This document shows, one piece after another, positions 54,423 through 64,000 of a stretch of 64,000 nucleotides of DNA. The notes beneath the pieces were generated by a model. It worked only from the letters and a program-made list of their open reading frames with translations. It searched no databases and had not been told where the DNA came from. A program made the position numbers and the translations under genes. Every line of letters begins with the position of its first letter. Positions within the stretch are counted from its first letter, which is position 1. Origin of the DNA: Gemmatimonadales bacterium (GTDB lineage Bacteria; Gemmatimonadota; Gemmatimonadetes; Gemmatimonadales; GWC2-71-9); the NCBI GenBank assembly GCA_041577295.1, contig JBFGJG010000017.1:1-64000 (forward strand), written 5' to 3'.

Positions 54423-55688
54423 ATGTCAACAACTCACCGAAGACTCACTGCGATCCCCTCGCGCCAACGCTCTCTTGCTCACCGAGTGCGGCGTTGGGTC
54501 CGATATGTCCTGCCCCTCACGTTGGCGTGTTCGGGCGGTGGGTCGGTAGAGCCGCCCGAACGCACACCGGTCATATCCGTGCTCGGTGTGCAAGACGGTG
54601 AGAGCCGCGCTGGTGCCGTGACACTGACAATTCAGGTCGATGTTGGCACCTACGAGGCGCTCCTTAACGGCGTGACGTTCTTCTCGGGCCGCACGGTCCG
54701 GGAGGCCGGGGATTACGTTCTCGACGTCACAGCCCGAAACGGGACTGCCGTTGCAACGAGGCGTGTGGAGTTCGCGATCGTACTCGGGGGAGAGAGTCAG
54801 CTGGTGATCCGCTTGATCAATCTCGGCGACAACGAAGCGGGCGGTGGGGGCGATGCCGTCTTGCTCTCGGATTCGACGGACGCCGGGCAACGTCACGCAC
54901 TGATCGACGCGGGTCCAGCTGGGATGGGTGGTACCGATACCGGCTTCGTTGCGCGGCGCCTCGCCACGTTGGGAGTCGATACGCTGCAAGCGCTGATCCT
55001 GAGTCACGCGCACAGCGATCACTTCGATGGCATTCCGGCAATTCTGGAGAACACCACCGTCCTTCGCTTCATTTACAACGGTCAGATGCGAACCTTTTCG
55101 CGCTACAACGATGTCATTGCGGATGCGCAGCAGCGGGCCAACGAGTTCATCATCCCCTCCGCGATAACGGAGCTCGCTTTCGGTCTCGGCGGGTCCCGAA
55201 CGCATCTCGCCATCTTGCCACCACTCAGCACCTACCTCGGCAACTCAAACGCCGAGTCCAGCGAGCTCAACGACGGTTCGATAGGTGTGGAAGTGGAGAA
55301 GGAGGGCTTCCGGATATTCTTCGCGGGTGACGGGGAGGTCTTGGCCAACGAGCGCTGGCGAGGACAGTTCGCGACAGAAACCGGTGGCGTGGACGTCCTC
55401 AAGGCGGGCCATCACGGCGCGAACGATGCCACGTTCGACAATGGCTTCAATGGCAGCTCCAGTTGGCTCGCGCATACGACCCCGGACGTCGTGGTGATCA
55501 GTGCCAACGGAACCACCCACCCCCGCCGGAACGCCTTATCACAGTTACAGTCCGCTGCGGAGCGCACCTACTGCACGAATGTCCACGGTGACATCGAGAT
55601 TCGTATTGGGGAAGGCGGGGTACTCCTCATCACGGTCGAGCGAAACGCGTCAGCAGATTGCACACCTGGGAGCGACGCCACGACCTAG
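54423..55688 (+). CDS. ComEC/Rec2-type MBL-fold hydrolase lipoprotein (no membrane channel domain)
   Basis: Lipobox TLAC, Ig-like N-domain, GDA, LIDAG, SHAHSDHFDG, GDGE, KAGHHG, HP, GDI. True start may be GTG ~54486. Confidence 0.82.
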   Translation: MSTTHRRLTAIPSRQRSLAHRVRRWVRYVLPLTLACSGGGSVEPPERTPVISVLGVQDGESRAGAVTLTIQVDVGTYEALLNGVTFFSGRTVREAGDYVLDVTARNGTAVATRRVEFAIVLGGESQLVIRLINLGDNEAGGGGDAVLLSDSTDAGQRHALIDAGPAGMGGTDTGFVARRLATLGVDTLQALILSHAHSDHFDGIPAILENTTVLRFIYNGQMRTFSRYNDVIADAQQRANEFIIPSAITELAFGLGGSRTHLAILPPLSTYLGNSNAESSELNDGSIGVEVEKEGFRIFFAGDGEVLANERWRGQFATETGGVDVLKAGHHGANDATFDNGFNGSSSWLAHTTPDVVVISANGTTHPRRNALSQLQSAAERTYCTNVHGDIEIRIGEGGVLLITVERNASADCTPGSDATT

Positions 55689-55697
55689 GGTGTGGGT

Positions 55698-56576
55698 CTA
55701 GCGATCGACGCGAACTTCGAAAGTGATGGACGCTGCGCGAACTGAATGGGTGAGACTCCCCATCGAGATGAAACGCGCGCCGGCCTCCGCATAGTCCCGG
55801 GCGCGCGCTGGTGTAATCCCTCCTGAGGCCTCGATTGCGACGTCCGGACCCGCCTTCTGGGCCCACGCCGCCACCTGCGCCGGTGGCTGGTTGTCTACGA
55901 GAATACGCCGAACGCCAGCTGAGAGTGCCGCATCGAGCTGTGTCTCGTTCTCGACTTCGACGATCACCGGGACCTGGGCGGGTACCATGGCGAGCACATC
56001 CGCCAACGACCGGCCCGTTGCGTGCAACATCGCCCAATGATTGTCCTTCCAGAGCACGGCATCCGCCAGCGAAAAGCGATGATTCACGCCGCCGCCGGCC
56101 CGCACCGCGTACTTCTCGAGGACTCGGAGCCCCGGCGTCGTTTTCCTCGTGTCCGTGATCAGCGCACTGGTCCCGCGCACCGCATCTACGGCCGTGCGAG
56201 TTTGCGTGGCGATTGCACACAGCCGCTGCATGAAGTTGAGGGCCACGCGCTCGGCACCGAGCAGCGCGCGCGCCGGACCGCGCACGACGGCGATTACGCA
56301 CCCGGCGGGGACCTGATCGCCCTCGGCAAAATCGGTTGACAGCTGGCACGTCGGATCGACCTGGGTGAACGCGCTGGCCGCTACCGCCAGCCCGGCCACC
56401 ACGATACTCTCCTCGGCTCGGAACCGGCCGGTTCCCGGCACCGTCGCGACCTCACCCAGCAACGACGTCGTGGCGTCCCGCCAGGCACCGTCTTCCTCGA
56501 GCGCCCGCTGGACAACCGCACGTACGGACGACTCGTCGATTCGCTCCACCGAGGGCTGCGTTCCCATGAGCACCAA
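55698..56576 (-). CDS. nadC: Nicotinate-nucleotide diphosphorylase (carboxylating)
   Basis: ERVALN, DTRKTTPGLR, NHRFSL.D, KDNH, EASGGI, G.LTHS. Confidence 0.95.
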   Translation of the reverse strand: MVLMGTQPSVERIDESSVRAVVQRALEEDGAWRDATTSLLGEVATVPGTGRFRAEESIVVAGLAVAASAFTQVDPTCQLSTDFAEGDQVPAGCVIAVVRGPARALLGAERVALNFMQRLCAIATQTRTAVDAVRGTSALITDTRKTTPGLRVLEKYAVRAGGGVNHRFSLADAVLWKDNHWAMLHATGRSLADVLAMVPAQVPVIVEVENETQLDAALSAGVRRILVDNQPPAQVAAWAQKAGPDVAIEASGGITPARARDYAEAGARFISMGSLTHSVRAASITFEVRVDR

Positions 56577-56661
56577 TCATAATCGACGTGCTGACGCGTC
56601 GCCTATATAATTCGGGCCCAACGTGGCATGAGCCGGCGTTGATCCCCAACCCCCGGGTCAA

Positions 56662-58080
56662 ATGGAAAGCTACGGCTGGTTGTCCATCGCTCCCCCTATC
56701 GTCGCTATCGCGCTCGCGATCGCGACGAAACAGGTCTACGTCTCGCTCGCTTTGTTTGTGTGGCTTGGCTGGACGATCATGAGCGGGTGGAACCCCATGA
56801 CCGGTCTCATCCAGTCAGTGGAAGTGTTCCTCCAGTCGGTCACCACGCCGGACAATGCCCGTGTGCTCATGTTCAGTGTGCTCATTGGAGCAATGATCAC
56901 GTTCACGCAGGCGTCTGGTGGCATGGAGGGGTTCGTGAAATGGGTGGAACAGCGGGGCCTCTCCAAGTCACGCCGGTCCGTTGGCTTCGTGACGATACTC
57001 GTGAGCATGGCCGTGTTCTTGGAGTCAAATTTTGGTTTGCTCGTCTCCGGTTCCGTCGCGCGGCCGCTGTTCGACAAGGAGAAGATCTCGCGTGAGAAGC
57101 TCAGCTACATCATTGATGCAACGTGCTCTCCCAAGTGCATCCTGATACCCCTCAACGCCTGGTTCGCGTACGTAATCGGACTGTTGGCGGCCCAGGGCGC
57201 CAACAGCCCCGAGCTCCTCTTCTACGCCACCATCCCGTTGAACTTCTACGCCATTCTGGCGCTAGTGCTCGCGCTCATCGTCGTCGCCACTGGATGGGAT
57301 ATCGGCCCGATGCGAGAGGCCGAGCGCCGAGTGAAGATCGAAGGGAAACTGCTGCGGGACGGTGCAAAGCCGATGATCGCCGAAGACGTCGCTGCTGTTG
57401 GCGCGAAGCCGGGCATCCCGCATCGAGCCATCAACATGGTGCTGCCTATCGGTGCGATGGTGCTTGCAGTACCCGTGGTCTTGTGGCTCACGGGTGACGG
57501 AAATATCAAGGCGGGCAGCGGCTCGCAAGCCGTTTTGTGGGGGGTCATCGTGGGCCTCGGGGTCGGTGCCGTCGCCTATGCGATCCAGGGCATCATGCGA
57601 TTGGACGAAATGAGCGAAAACGTGATCAAAGGCATCCAAGGCCTCGTGCCACTCGTGATCGTGCTGTCGCTCGCGTTCACGATCGGCACCACGACCCGGG
57701 AGCTCGGCACGGGAATCTTCGTGGCACAGGCGGCACAAGCGACGTTGCCGGCAGGCGTGATACCGGCGATCGTCTTTCTCTTGGCGTGTTTCATCGCATT
57801 CGCCACCGGTACGTCTTGGGGAACGTTTGCTATCATGATCCCAATTGTGATACCGATGATTGCGCTCCTCGACCTCCACCCTGCCCTGACCGTTGCCGCT
57901 GCGCTTGGTGGTGGCATCTTCGGCGACCATTGCTCACCGATATCCGATAGCACCATCGTTGCGTCGATGGCCTCCGCGACCGATCACATCGATCATGTCC
58001 GAACGCAGTTGCCATACGCACTGATTGCCGCCACGGGGGCAACCATACTTTTCGTCATATTCGGATTCGTACTTCAATGA
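56662..58080 (+). CDS. NhaC-family transporter
   Basis: WLSI.PP, SREKLSYIID, GTSWGTF, GDHCSPISDST, HVRTQLPYA. Confidence 0.9.
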   Translation: MESYGWLSIAPPIVAIALAIATKQVYVSLALFVWLGWTIMSGWNPMTGLIQSVEVFLQSVTTPDNARVLMFSVLIGAMITFTQASGGMEGFVKWVEQRGLSKSRRSVGFVTILVSMAVFLESNFGLLVSGSVARPLFDKEKISREKLSYIIDATCSPKCILIPLNAWFAYVIGLLAAQGANSPELLFYATIPLNFYAILALVLALIVVATGWDIGPMREAERRVKIEGKLLRDGAKPMIAEDVAAVGAKPGIPHRAINMVLPIGAMVLAVPVVLWLTGDGNIKAGSGSQAVLWGVIVGLGVGAVAYAIQGIMRLDEMSENVIKGIQGLVPLVIVLSLAFTIGTTTRELGTGIFVAQAAQATLPAGVIPAIVFLLACFIAFATGTSWGTFAIMIPIVIPMIALLDLHPALTVAAALGGGIFGDHCSPISDSTIVASMASATDHIDHVRTQLPYALIAATGATILFVIFGFVLQ

Positions 58081-59045
58081 AAACGGTTCGCTATCTCGCC
58101 TTCGCGACTGCTGGCGTCATCTACGCACTGATCGTCCTCGGTGCCTTCGTCCGCATCACGGGGTCCGGCATGGGTTGTGGTGACGACTGGCCGCTCTGTA
58201 ACGGCCGTCTCATTCCAAGCCTCGCTGATCCCGCGACGGTCATCGAATGGGGGCATCGCCTCATGGCAGCAGCGGTGAGCGTCTTCGTCTTCGCACTCGC
58301 TGCCGTAGCACTCATACGCGCCAGATCGGACGGCGGCCCTCGGTTGCGGGCCACTGGACGGCTTGCGCTGCTTGGCGTGGCGCTGCTGCTCACACAGGTC
58401 TTTCTCGGCGCCGTCACGGTGTGGCTCGAGCTGCCGCCAACGGCCGTCGTCCTGCACTTGAGCACGGCCCTCGCGCTGCTCGCGGTCGTGATGATCGTGG
58501 GGTTGCGGGCGGACGAGCCGTCCGACGAGACCCCAGCGTGGCGTTTCAACCCTCGATGGCCAATCGTCGGAGCGTTGGGCCTCACCGCGCTGGTGCTGCT
58601 CTTGGGGGGGGTAACAGCCAACGTGGGCGCTGGTCCGGCATGTTTGGGGTTCCCCCTCTGTAGTGGAGCGGTGTGGCCGCCGGCCACGGAAAGCGGACTC
58701 ACACACATTCATTGGACGCATCGACTGCTCGCGTACGCGCTAACGCTGTACATCGGTGGCTTAGCACTCCAGTTGAGCTTCAAGCGGGCTCCGGCGAGAA
58801 TCAAGACGGCAGCGTGGGTGTGTTTCGGGTTGGTCGGTGTTCAGGTTGGGGTGGCGGCCGTCATGGTGCTCGAAATGCTGCCGGCCATTTGGCGTGGCCT
58901 CCACGCGGCCGTCGGCACCGTGCTGTGGGTAGCCGTGGTGTACCTGACGTGGTTGGGTTTCGAGAAGTGGGAGGAGCAGGCGGTCATCACACGGTCACCG
59001 CTCACGTCGGGACGATCAGCTCCCGCTGCGGCTCGAGTGGAGTAA
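58077..59045 (+). CDS. COX15/CtaA-family (heme A synthase-like) protein
   Basis: GSGMGC..DWPLC, EWGHR, H...A, C..FPLC, HWTHR. Confidence 0.85.
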   Translation: MKTVRYLAFATAGVIYALIVLGAFVRITGSGMGCGDDWPLCNGRLIPSLADPATVIEWGHRLMAAAVSVFVFALAAVALIRARSDGGPRLRATGRLALLGVALLLTQVFLGAVTVWLELPPTAVVLHLSTALALLAVVMIVGLRADEPSDETPAWRFNPRWPIVGALGLTALVLLLGGVTANVGAGPACLGFPLCSGAVWPPATESGLTHIHWTHRLLAYALTLYIGGLALQLSFKRAPARIKTAAWVCFGLVGVQVGVAAVMVLEMLPAIWRGLHAAVGTVLWVAVVYLTWLGFEKWEEQAVITRSPLTSGRSAPAAARVE

Positions 59046-60174
59046 CCTCGGGTCCCTTGTCGGTGAGCACCACATTGATCTCGCTGCGAACACCAAACTG
59101 CCCGGGAAGGTAAACGCCCGGTTCAACGGAGAATCCCACCCCCGGCACGATCTCGCGAACATCACGCGTCTCGAAGTTGTCGAGGTGTGGTCCCGAACCG
59201 TGCAGCTCCGCATCGATCGAGTGGCCGGTGCGGTGCACGAAAGCCTCTCCGTACCCACGCTCTGTGAGCACTTGTCGTGCGGAATCGTCGAGCGTGGCAC
59301 CGCTCACCACCTCTCCCTGCTCATGGGCCACGCGCAACCGCTCGACCACAGCATCCCGTGCGTCTCGCGTGGCCTGCCACACCTGCTCCACTTCATCGGG
59401 TGGCTGGGCCCCCGCGAAGGCCATCCACGTCTGATCCGCCCAGACCGCGCCGGGACCCGGGCGAGCCCATAGGTCCAGCAGCACTACCTGATCGCGTTCC
59501 AGCGTTGCACTCGACTCGGGGCGGGGGGCGTAGTGTGGGTTCGCCGCATTCTCGCCAAACGCCACGATCGGCGGATCCTCCGTTTTCAACCCGGCCGCCG
59601 ACAACGCGCCGAGGACCTCCTGCTGGACGTCGTACTCGCGCGCCTTGCCTACGAGATGGACGACGCGCGCCAGGGTGCGGCGGGCGATCTCGGCGATCTG
59701 CTCGGCTGTTTTGCGATGATCCCGGAGGTCCGTGGCGGACCACTGCGACGCAAACTTGGTGACCAACGCGGCAGAAGACTCGATGGTCGCGCCAAAGCCC
59801 TCGAGGAGTTGTACCACACCGTGAGGCACCCGGTCGAGATACGGCACCGCATCATCTGGAGAGACTTCCATGGCCACCTGACGGCCTTTCACCAGCGGCT
59901 CGAGAACGCGATGGAGATCTTCCCACGTCGTGTACTCGATGACCTCACCGTCAAATCCGGTAATGGCATCACGGTCGATTCGGTGAACGATCAGCTGCGG
60001 ACTACCCGTAGCTGGCAGCCAAACGAACACCCTTCTCGTCACCATCCCCTGATAGGTAACGATCCGGTTGACCACGGGATTGATGCCGTGAAAGTCGAAG
60101 CACAGCCAACCATCGAGATGGAGGGCATCGAGGCTTGCTCGGAGTTGCTTTTGATCCAGCGGTAATCTGGTCAT
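59002..60174 (-). CDS. M24 (Xaa-Pro) peptidase
   Basis: PHY, LLDLW, DQT, HRTGH, SVEPGVY, RSE. Start moved to ATG 60174. Confidence 0.88.
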   Translation of the reverse strand: MTRLPLDQKQLRASLDALHLDGWLCFDFHGINPVVNRIVTYQGMVTRRVFVWLPATGSPQLIVHRIDRDAITGFDGEVIEYTTWEDLHRVLEPLVKGRQVAMEVSPDDAVPYLDRVPHGVVQLLEGFGATIESSAALVTKFASQWSATDLRDHRKTAEQIAEIARRTLARVVHLVGKAREYDVQQEVLGALSAAGLKTEDPPIVAFGENAANPHYAPRPESSATLERDQVVLLDLWARPGPGAVWADQTWMAFAGAQPPDEVEQVWQATRDARDAVVERLRVAHEQGEVVSGATLDDSARQVLTERGYGEAFVHRTGHSIDAELHGSGPHLDNFETRDVREIVPGVGFSVEPGVYLPGQFGVRSEINVVLTDKGPEVTPLEPQRELIVPT

Positions 60175-60179
60175 GTCAG

Positions 60180-60809
60180 CTACGCTGCGCGCTCCGGCGC
60201 GGTATGCCAACGGCACAGCTCATCACCGCGAGCGCGACAGTCAGGATGGGAAACCTGCCAATCGATGGCGGTCATCGATTCAAGAATGGCTTCGACCGCT
60301 GCGGCGTACATGCCACACGCGGTCCCCTCCGGCGTGGCGCGTGCCGACGGCGAGTCGGCCACCATCACGATGACGCTGTCACCGTCCCGGCTCAGTGCGG
60401 CACCCAGGGATCGAGTGAGGGCCCGGCGGGCGAGGACCAACCCCAGGCGACGGCTCACTACCTGTGGCAGCGCGCGATTCACCACACGCGCGGGAATCCG
60501 CAGCCGTGTCGTGGCGTACAGCGCCGCGCGCTGTCCCGCGTCGGCAAACACCCGGACGGCGTCTGCCCGCCGACCGACCAGCCGTAGCAACCCCACCACC
60601 TCTTCCATCTCGACACGGGATCGGCGCCGCACGAGGTTCGAATACCGCGCAATCTCCCGCGCCACGGTGCGGCTCATTCCAAGGCGCTTGGCAACCAGCT
60701 CGTCATCCAGCTCACCCAATTCGTCCGATAGCGGTATGTCGACCGAACGAACGGCTTCGAGCACTGAGAGGGGGATGATGGGGTCGACGTGAGCGGCTAC
60801 CGATGTCAT
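60180..60809 (-). CDS. V4R-domain hypothetical protein
   Basis: C-terminal C...H.DCRARGD..CRW. Start moved to ATG 60809. Confidence 0.65.
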   Translation of the reverse strand: MTSVAAHVDPIIPLSVLEAVRSVDIPLSDELGELDDELVAKRLGMSRTVAREIARYSNLVRRRSRVEMEEVVGLLRLVGRRADAVRVFADAGQRAALYATTRLRIPARVVNRALPQVVSRRLGLVLARRALTRSLGAALSRDGDSVIVMVADSPSARATPEGTACGMYAAAVEAILESMTAIDWQVSHPDCRARGDELCRWHTAPERAA

Positions 60810-60997
60810 GGGAAGACGTACGTTCCTCCGTGGCTCGCCTGTCGAGGACTCGGGAACCCTACACTGGTAACACGTCGTAGGGAAGGGAGCACCCGGTTGC
60901 TCGCGAGGCGTTCGTGGAGCAGCATTGCGCGTCGAAGATTCGCGAGCGATTGTACGCCTGAACCCGCATACAAGCCAGAGGAAAGGTTTTTGGGATC

Positions 60998-61564
60998 GTG
61001 CCCGGTAGCTCGGAGGCAAAACGCGACGCTTTTGAGAAAGAGGCGCTTCCGCATCTCGATGCGGTCTATCGTGTGGCGCTCAGACTCTCAGCCAACGAGG
61101 ACCAGGCTCAGGATCTCGTACAGGAGACGATGCTCAAGGCGTTTCGCGCCTGGCACCAGTATCGGCCGGGTACGAACGTTCGCGCCTGGCTCCTCACGAT
61201 TCTTCGGAACACGTTCATTAACGAGTATCGCAAGAGTCGCCGAACGGGGCCCGAGGTCGACGTCGGGGATGTCGAAGCGTTCACGGTGTTCGATGAGGTC
61301 CAGGACAAGGATCCCGAAGGTCAGTTCTTCAATCAGATCGTCGATGACGAGGTCATTCGAGCGATCGACGATCTTCAGGATGAGTTTCGCGAAACCATCG
61401 TTCTGAGCGACATCGAGGGGTTGTCGTACCAAGAGATCGCTGAGATTACCCAAGTACCAGTGGGAACTGTCAAGTCCCGCATCTTCCGCGCCCGACAACA
61501 GCTACAGCGCCGCCTCTACGAATATGCGGTCGAGATGGGGTACATCAAACCCAAAGCACCGTGA
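60998..61564 (+). CDS. ECF sigma factor (SigH/SigR-like)
   Basis: AQDLVQET.LKA, GTN.RAWL..ILRNTFIN, SYQEIA, GTVKSRI.RAR. Confidence 0.92.
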   Translation: MPGSSEAKRDAFEKEALPHLDAVYRVALRLSANEDQAQDLVQETMLKAFRAWHQYRPGTNVRAWLLTILRNTFINEYRKSRRTGPEVDVGDVEAFTVFDEVQDKDPEGQFFNQIVDDEVIRAIDDLQDEFRETIVLSDIEGLSYQEIAEITQVPVGTVKSRIFRARQQLQRRLYEYAVEMGYIKPKAP

Positions 61565-61830
61565 AAGAGCGCCGAATACGAATGGACTGTCGTGAGGCGT
61601 TCGAGCATCTCTACGCATACCTGGATCGAGAACTGACTCGGGAGCACGTTGCCAGAGTTCGCGCGCACCTCGAAGATTGCAAAAGCTGTTTGGCCCTGGC
61701 CCGCTTCGAGACAGCCTACCTCCGTTTCCTCGAAGCCCGTACCGTGTCCCGCCGGGCACCAGAGCAATTGAAGAAACGCATTCTGCGAGAACTGCTATTC
61801 GACCGCACAAGCGCGTCGGGGCCAGAGTGA
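61561..61830 (+). CDS. Zinc-binding anti-sigma factor (zf-HC2, RsrA/RshA-like)
   Basis: C.E....L..YLD.EL, HLEDCKSC; coupled to the sigma gene. Confidence 0.9.
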   Translation: MKERRIRMDCREAFEHLYAYLDRELTREHVARVRAHLEDCKSCLALARFETAYLRFLEARTVSRRAPEQLKKRILRELLFDRTSASGPE

Positions 61831-62606
61831 ACCTGCCGCTCGCCGCGACGCTTGCCGCGGCGCTCGCCGTCACTGCTCGCACGCTCGATTGGCTGACGAC
61901 CGACGGTATGCTTGCCGCCGCGCTGGTCGGCACTGCGGTTTTCGTGGGGGCTGACATCGCTGGTGCCGCGCTCCTCGCGCTCTTCTTCGTTTCGGGAAGT
62001 CTGCTCAGCAGGATGAACGCCCAAAGCGAGAGAATCGATCACCCAGACGTCCCCGGGCGGGGCCGAACTGCCGCGCAAGTGCTTGCCAACGGACTGTGGC
62101 CAGCGGTGGGGGCGATCTTGGTTGGGTTCAACAGCAGCCTCGGGTGGCCGGTTCTGGTCGGTGCACTTGCCACGGCACAGGCTGACACGTGGGCAACCGA
62201 GATCGGTGTTCATGCCAGGACGCGCCCACGACTCATCACCTCGGGACGACCGGTTCCGCACGGAACGTCTGGCGGCGTCACGGTGCTGGGAACCGCAGCG
62301 GGCATCGCGGGAGCGACAACCCTCACGGGGATCGCGTGGATACTGGGAATCGGAACCGTGGTTGCGTTCACCGGGCTCGTGGCTGGAACATTGGGCATGC
62401 TGTCGGATTCGATTCTCGGGGCCGCCGCACAGGGCGTGTACTACTGTGACGCCTGTGCTGTGGAGATCGAGCAACCGTTACACCGCTGTGGCCGGCACGC
62501 CAGGCGCTACCGCGGGAGCCCGGTCATCACGAACGACACGGTGAACTTCATCTCGACGGGCATGGGGGCTCTCGCAGCCGCGGGGGCATGGCTGTGGTGG
62601 TCGTGA
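61827..62606 (+). CDS. DUF92 membrane protein
   Basis: QVLANG, ADTWATEIG, GTSGGVT..GT, DS.LGA..Q, NDTVNF. GTG 61827 is coupled to the upstream stop. Confidence 0.88.
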   Translation: MNLPLAATLAAALAVTARTLDWLTTDGMLAAALVGTAVFVGADIAGAALLALFFVSGSLLSRMNAQSERIDHPDVPGRGRTAAQVLANGLWPAVGAILVGFNSSLGWPVLVGALATAQADTWATEIGVHARTRPRLITSGRPVPHGTSGGVTVLGTAAGIAGATTLTGIAWILGIGTVVAFTGLVAGTLGMLSDSILGAAAQGVYYCDACAVEIEQPLHRCGRHARRYRGSPVITNDTVNFISTGMGALAAAGAWLWWS

Positions 62607-62631
62607 ACCCAGTTACGTTCGACACGAGCCG

Positions 62632-63852
62632 ATGATGCGCGGCGGTTGGACCGATGTCGCAGTCGTTGGTGCCGGCCCCGCCGGGAGCGCTGCCGCCGCT
62701 TTGCTCGCCGAGCGTGGGGTCGACGTCACACTGGTCGAGCGGGCCGTGTTCCCACGCGCGAAACCATGTGCAGAGTATCTCAGCCCCCAAGTCACCCGGG
62801 TTTTGGACCGCCTCGGCGTACGTGCGGCGGTCGAGGGTCCGGATGCGGGGGCGAGCAAGCTCACCGGCATGCGACTCGTCGCGCCCGATGGAAGCAGCGT
62901 GACCGGCAGGTTTGTAGCCAGTCACGGCTTTCGCGGACACAGCGACTACGGGTTGGCGCTACGGCGCGAGCGCTTCGATGCTCTCCTCGTCGAGGCGGCC
63001 GTGCGCCGCGGTGCGCGTCTGCTCGAAAACACCATCGTCGAGAACCTCGGCGAGGACAGCGGTCGCTACCGCACCCTGTCCATCCGTTCGGGCGGGCGGC
63101 GTGATATCATGCGCGCGCGCCTCATTGTCGCCGCCGATGGGCTGAACACCAGGATCGGTCGTGTCCTGGGGGTGAGTCGCCGACGTAAGCGGCGACGCAT
63201 CGCATTCGTGACCCATGCCGTTGGCGTCGCCGGCATGGGCGATGTCGGTGAAATGTACGTCGGGCGCAACGGGTACGCCGGTCTTGCACCCCTGGGTGAG
63301 GGAGTCACGAACGTCGCCGTGGTGGTCGACCTCGCGCGCGTCCGCATCGAGAAACCTCCGCAGGCCTCGTTCAACCACCTCCTCCGGGACTACCCTGCGG
63401 TCTGCGAACGTCTTCGATCGTCGACGCGCGTTTCGCCCGTGCGAGCGGTGGGCCCGTTCGGCCGGTGGGTTTCTCGAGCAACTGCGGACCGCGTGGTGCT
63501 GGTGGGTGACGCCGCCGACTTTCATGACCCGTTCACCGGAGAGGGCGTGTACGCCGCCCTGCATGGGGCAGAGCTCTTGACGGAGGCTACGTTGCCTGCG
63601 CTCGCGAGGGATCAACTGAGCAAATCAGCTCTGGCGCCGTACGACGCCGCGCGGCGTCGTGCCTTTGGTGGAAAGTGGACGGTCGAGCGTTTGGTCAGCT
63701 GGGCGGTCGCCCACCCCGGCATCTTCAATCACATCACGCACCGTCTCGCCGCTCGTCCGGAACTCGCGGATGTGCTCGTGGCGGTGACCGGTAACTTTGC
63801 CCCGCCGCACGCGGTGCTGCGCACGTCCTTCGCATGGCAGCTCATCAAATAG
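62632..63852 (+). CDS. FAD-dependent oxidoreductase (geranylgeranyl reductase family)
   Basis: GAGPAG, FPR.KPC, ADG, LVGDAA.F.DPFTGEG. Confidence 0.85.
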   Translation: MMRGGWTDVAVVGAGPAGSAAAALLAERGVDVTLVERAVFPRAKPCAEYLSPQVTRVLDRLGVRAAVEGPDAGASKLTGMRLVAPDGSSVTGRFVASHGFRGHSDYGLALRRERFDALLVEAAVRRGARLLENTIVENLGEDSGRYRTLSIRSGGRRDIMRARLIVAADGLNTRIGRVLGVSRRRKRRRIAFVTHAVGVAGMGDVGEMYVGRNGYAGLAPLGEGVTNVAVVVDLARVRIEKPPQASFNHLLRDYPAVCERLRSSTRVSPVRAVGPFGRWVSRATADRVVLVGDAADFHDPFTGEGVYAALHGAELLTEATLPALARDQLSKSALAPYDAARRRAFGGKWTVERLVSWAVAHPGIFNHITHRLAARPELADVLVAVTGNFAPPHAVLRTSFAWQLIK

Positions 63853-64000
63853 GCGAGCGCCCCTCGGCGAGCCCGGAGCAGTTCCGCGAGCTCCTCGGGC
63901 AATTCGCCTCGGGTGTGACGGTCGCCACCACGCTCACTGAGAGCGGACAGGCGGTGGGCATGACGGCCACGGCCGTGGCCGCCGTGTCGCTCGAGCCACC
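63834..64000 (+). CDS. Flavin reductase family protein (partial; missing from the ORF track)
   Basis: Manual translation: MAAHQIG...FRELLGQFASGVTVATT....GMTATAVAAVSLEP. Confidence 0.85.
   Translation, partial: MAAHQIGERPSASPEQFRELLGQFASGVTVATTLTESGQAVGMTATAVAAVSLEP

Noticed and set aside
60180..63852. Photosynthesis genes (bchJ-like V4R, bchP-like reductase)
   Set aside because: Family-level resemblance only; no other bch, puf or crt genes are present.

Overview
This high-GC bacterial window is most likely from Gemmatimonadota. That assignment is inferred from the pilin signature, a SprA homologue without gld/por genes nearby, and the gene order. Bases 1-42.6 kb are almost entirely minus-strand and form one large type IVa pilus super-locus. 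Read in transcription order it is: sprA-like barrel, M28 glutaminyl-cyclase-like lipoprotein, comEA-like gene, pilB, pilT, pilC, two GNATs, pilS/pilR, a membrane modification cassette (MFS-spermidine synthase fusion, methyltransferase, polyprenol-P GT2, and three GT-C enzymes including a TMTC-like one), two major pilins, a second sigma54 two-component pair, two paralogous minor-pilin cassettes, pilMNOPQ and an Ig-like lipoprotein. lptFG follow divergently. Bases 45.4-55.7 kb look like an extracellular nucleic-acid utilisation locus: a 5'-nucleotidase, a TonB-dependent receptor, two OB-fold lipoproteins and a stand-alone ComEC-type MBL hydrolase lipoprotein. The rest is housekeeping: nadC, NhaC-type transporter, CtaA-like protein, M24 peptidase, V4R protein, ECF sigma/anti-sigma pair, DUF92, FAD oxidoreductase and a flavin reductase. 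I saw no tRNA, rRNA, CRISPR array or mobile element. All calls come from motif recognition by eye and no database search was run.
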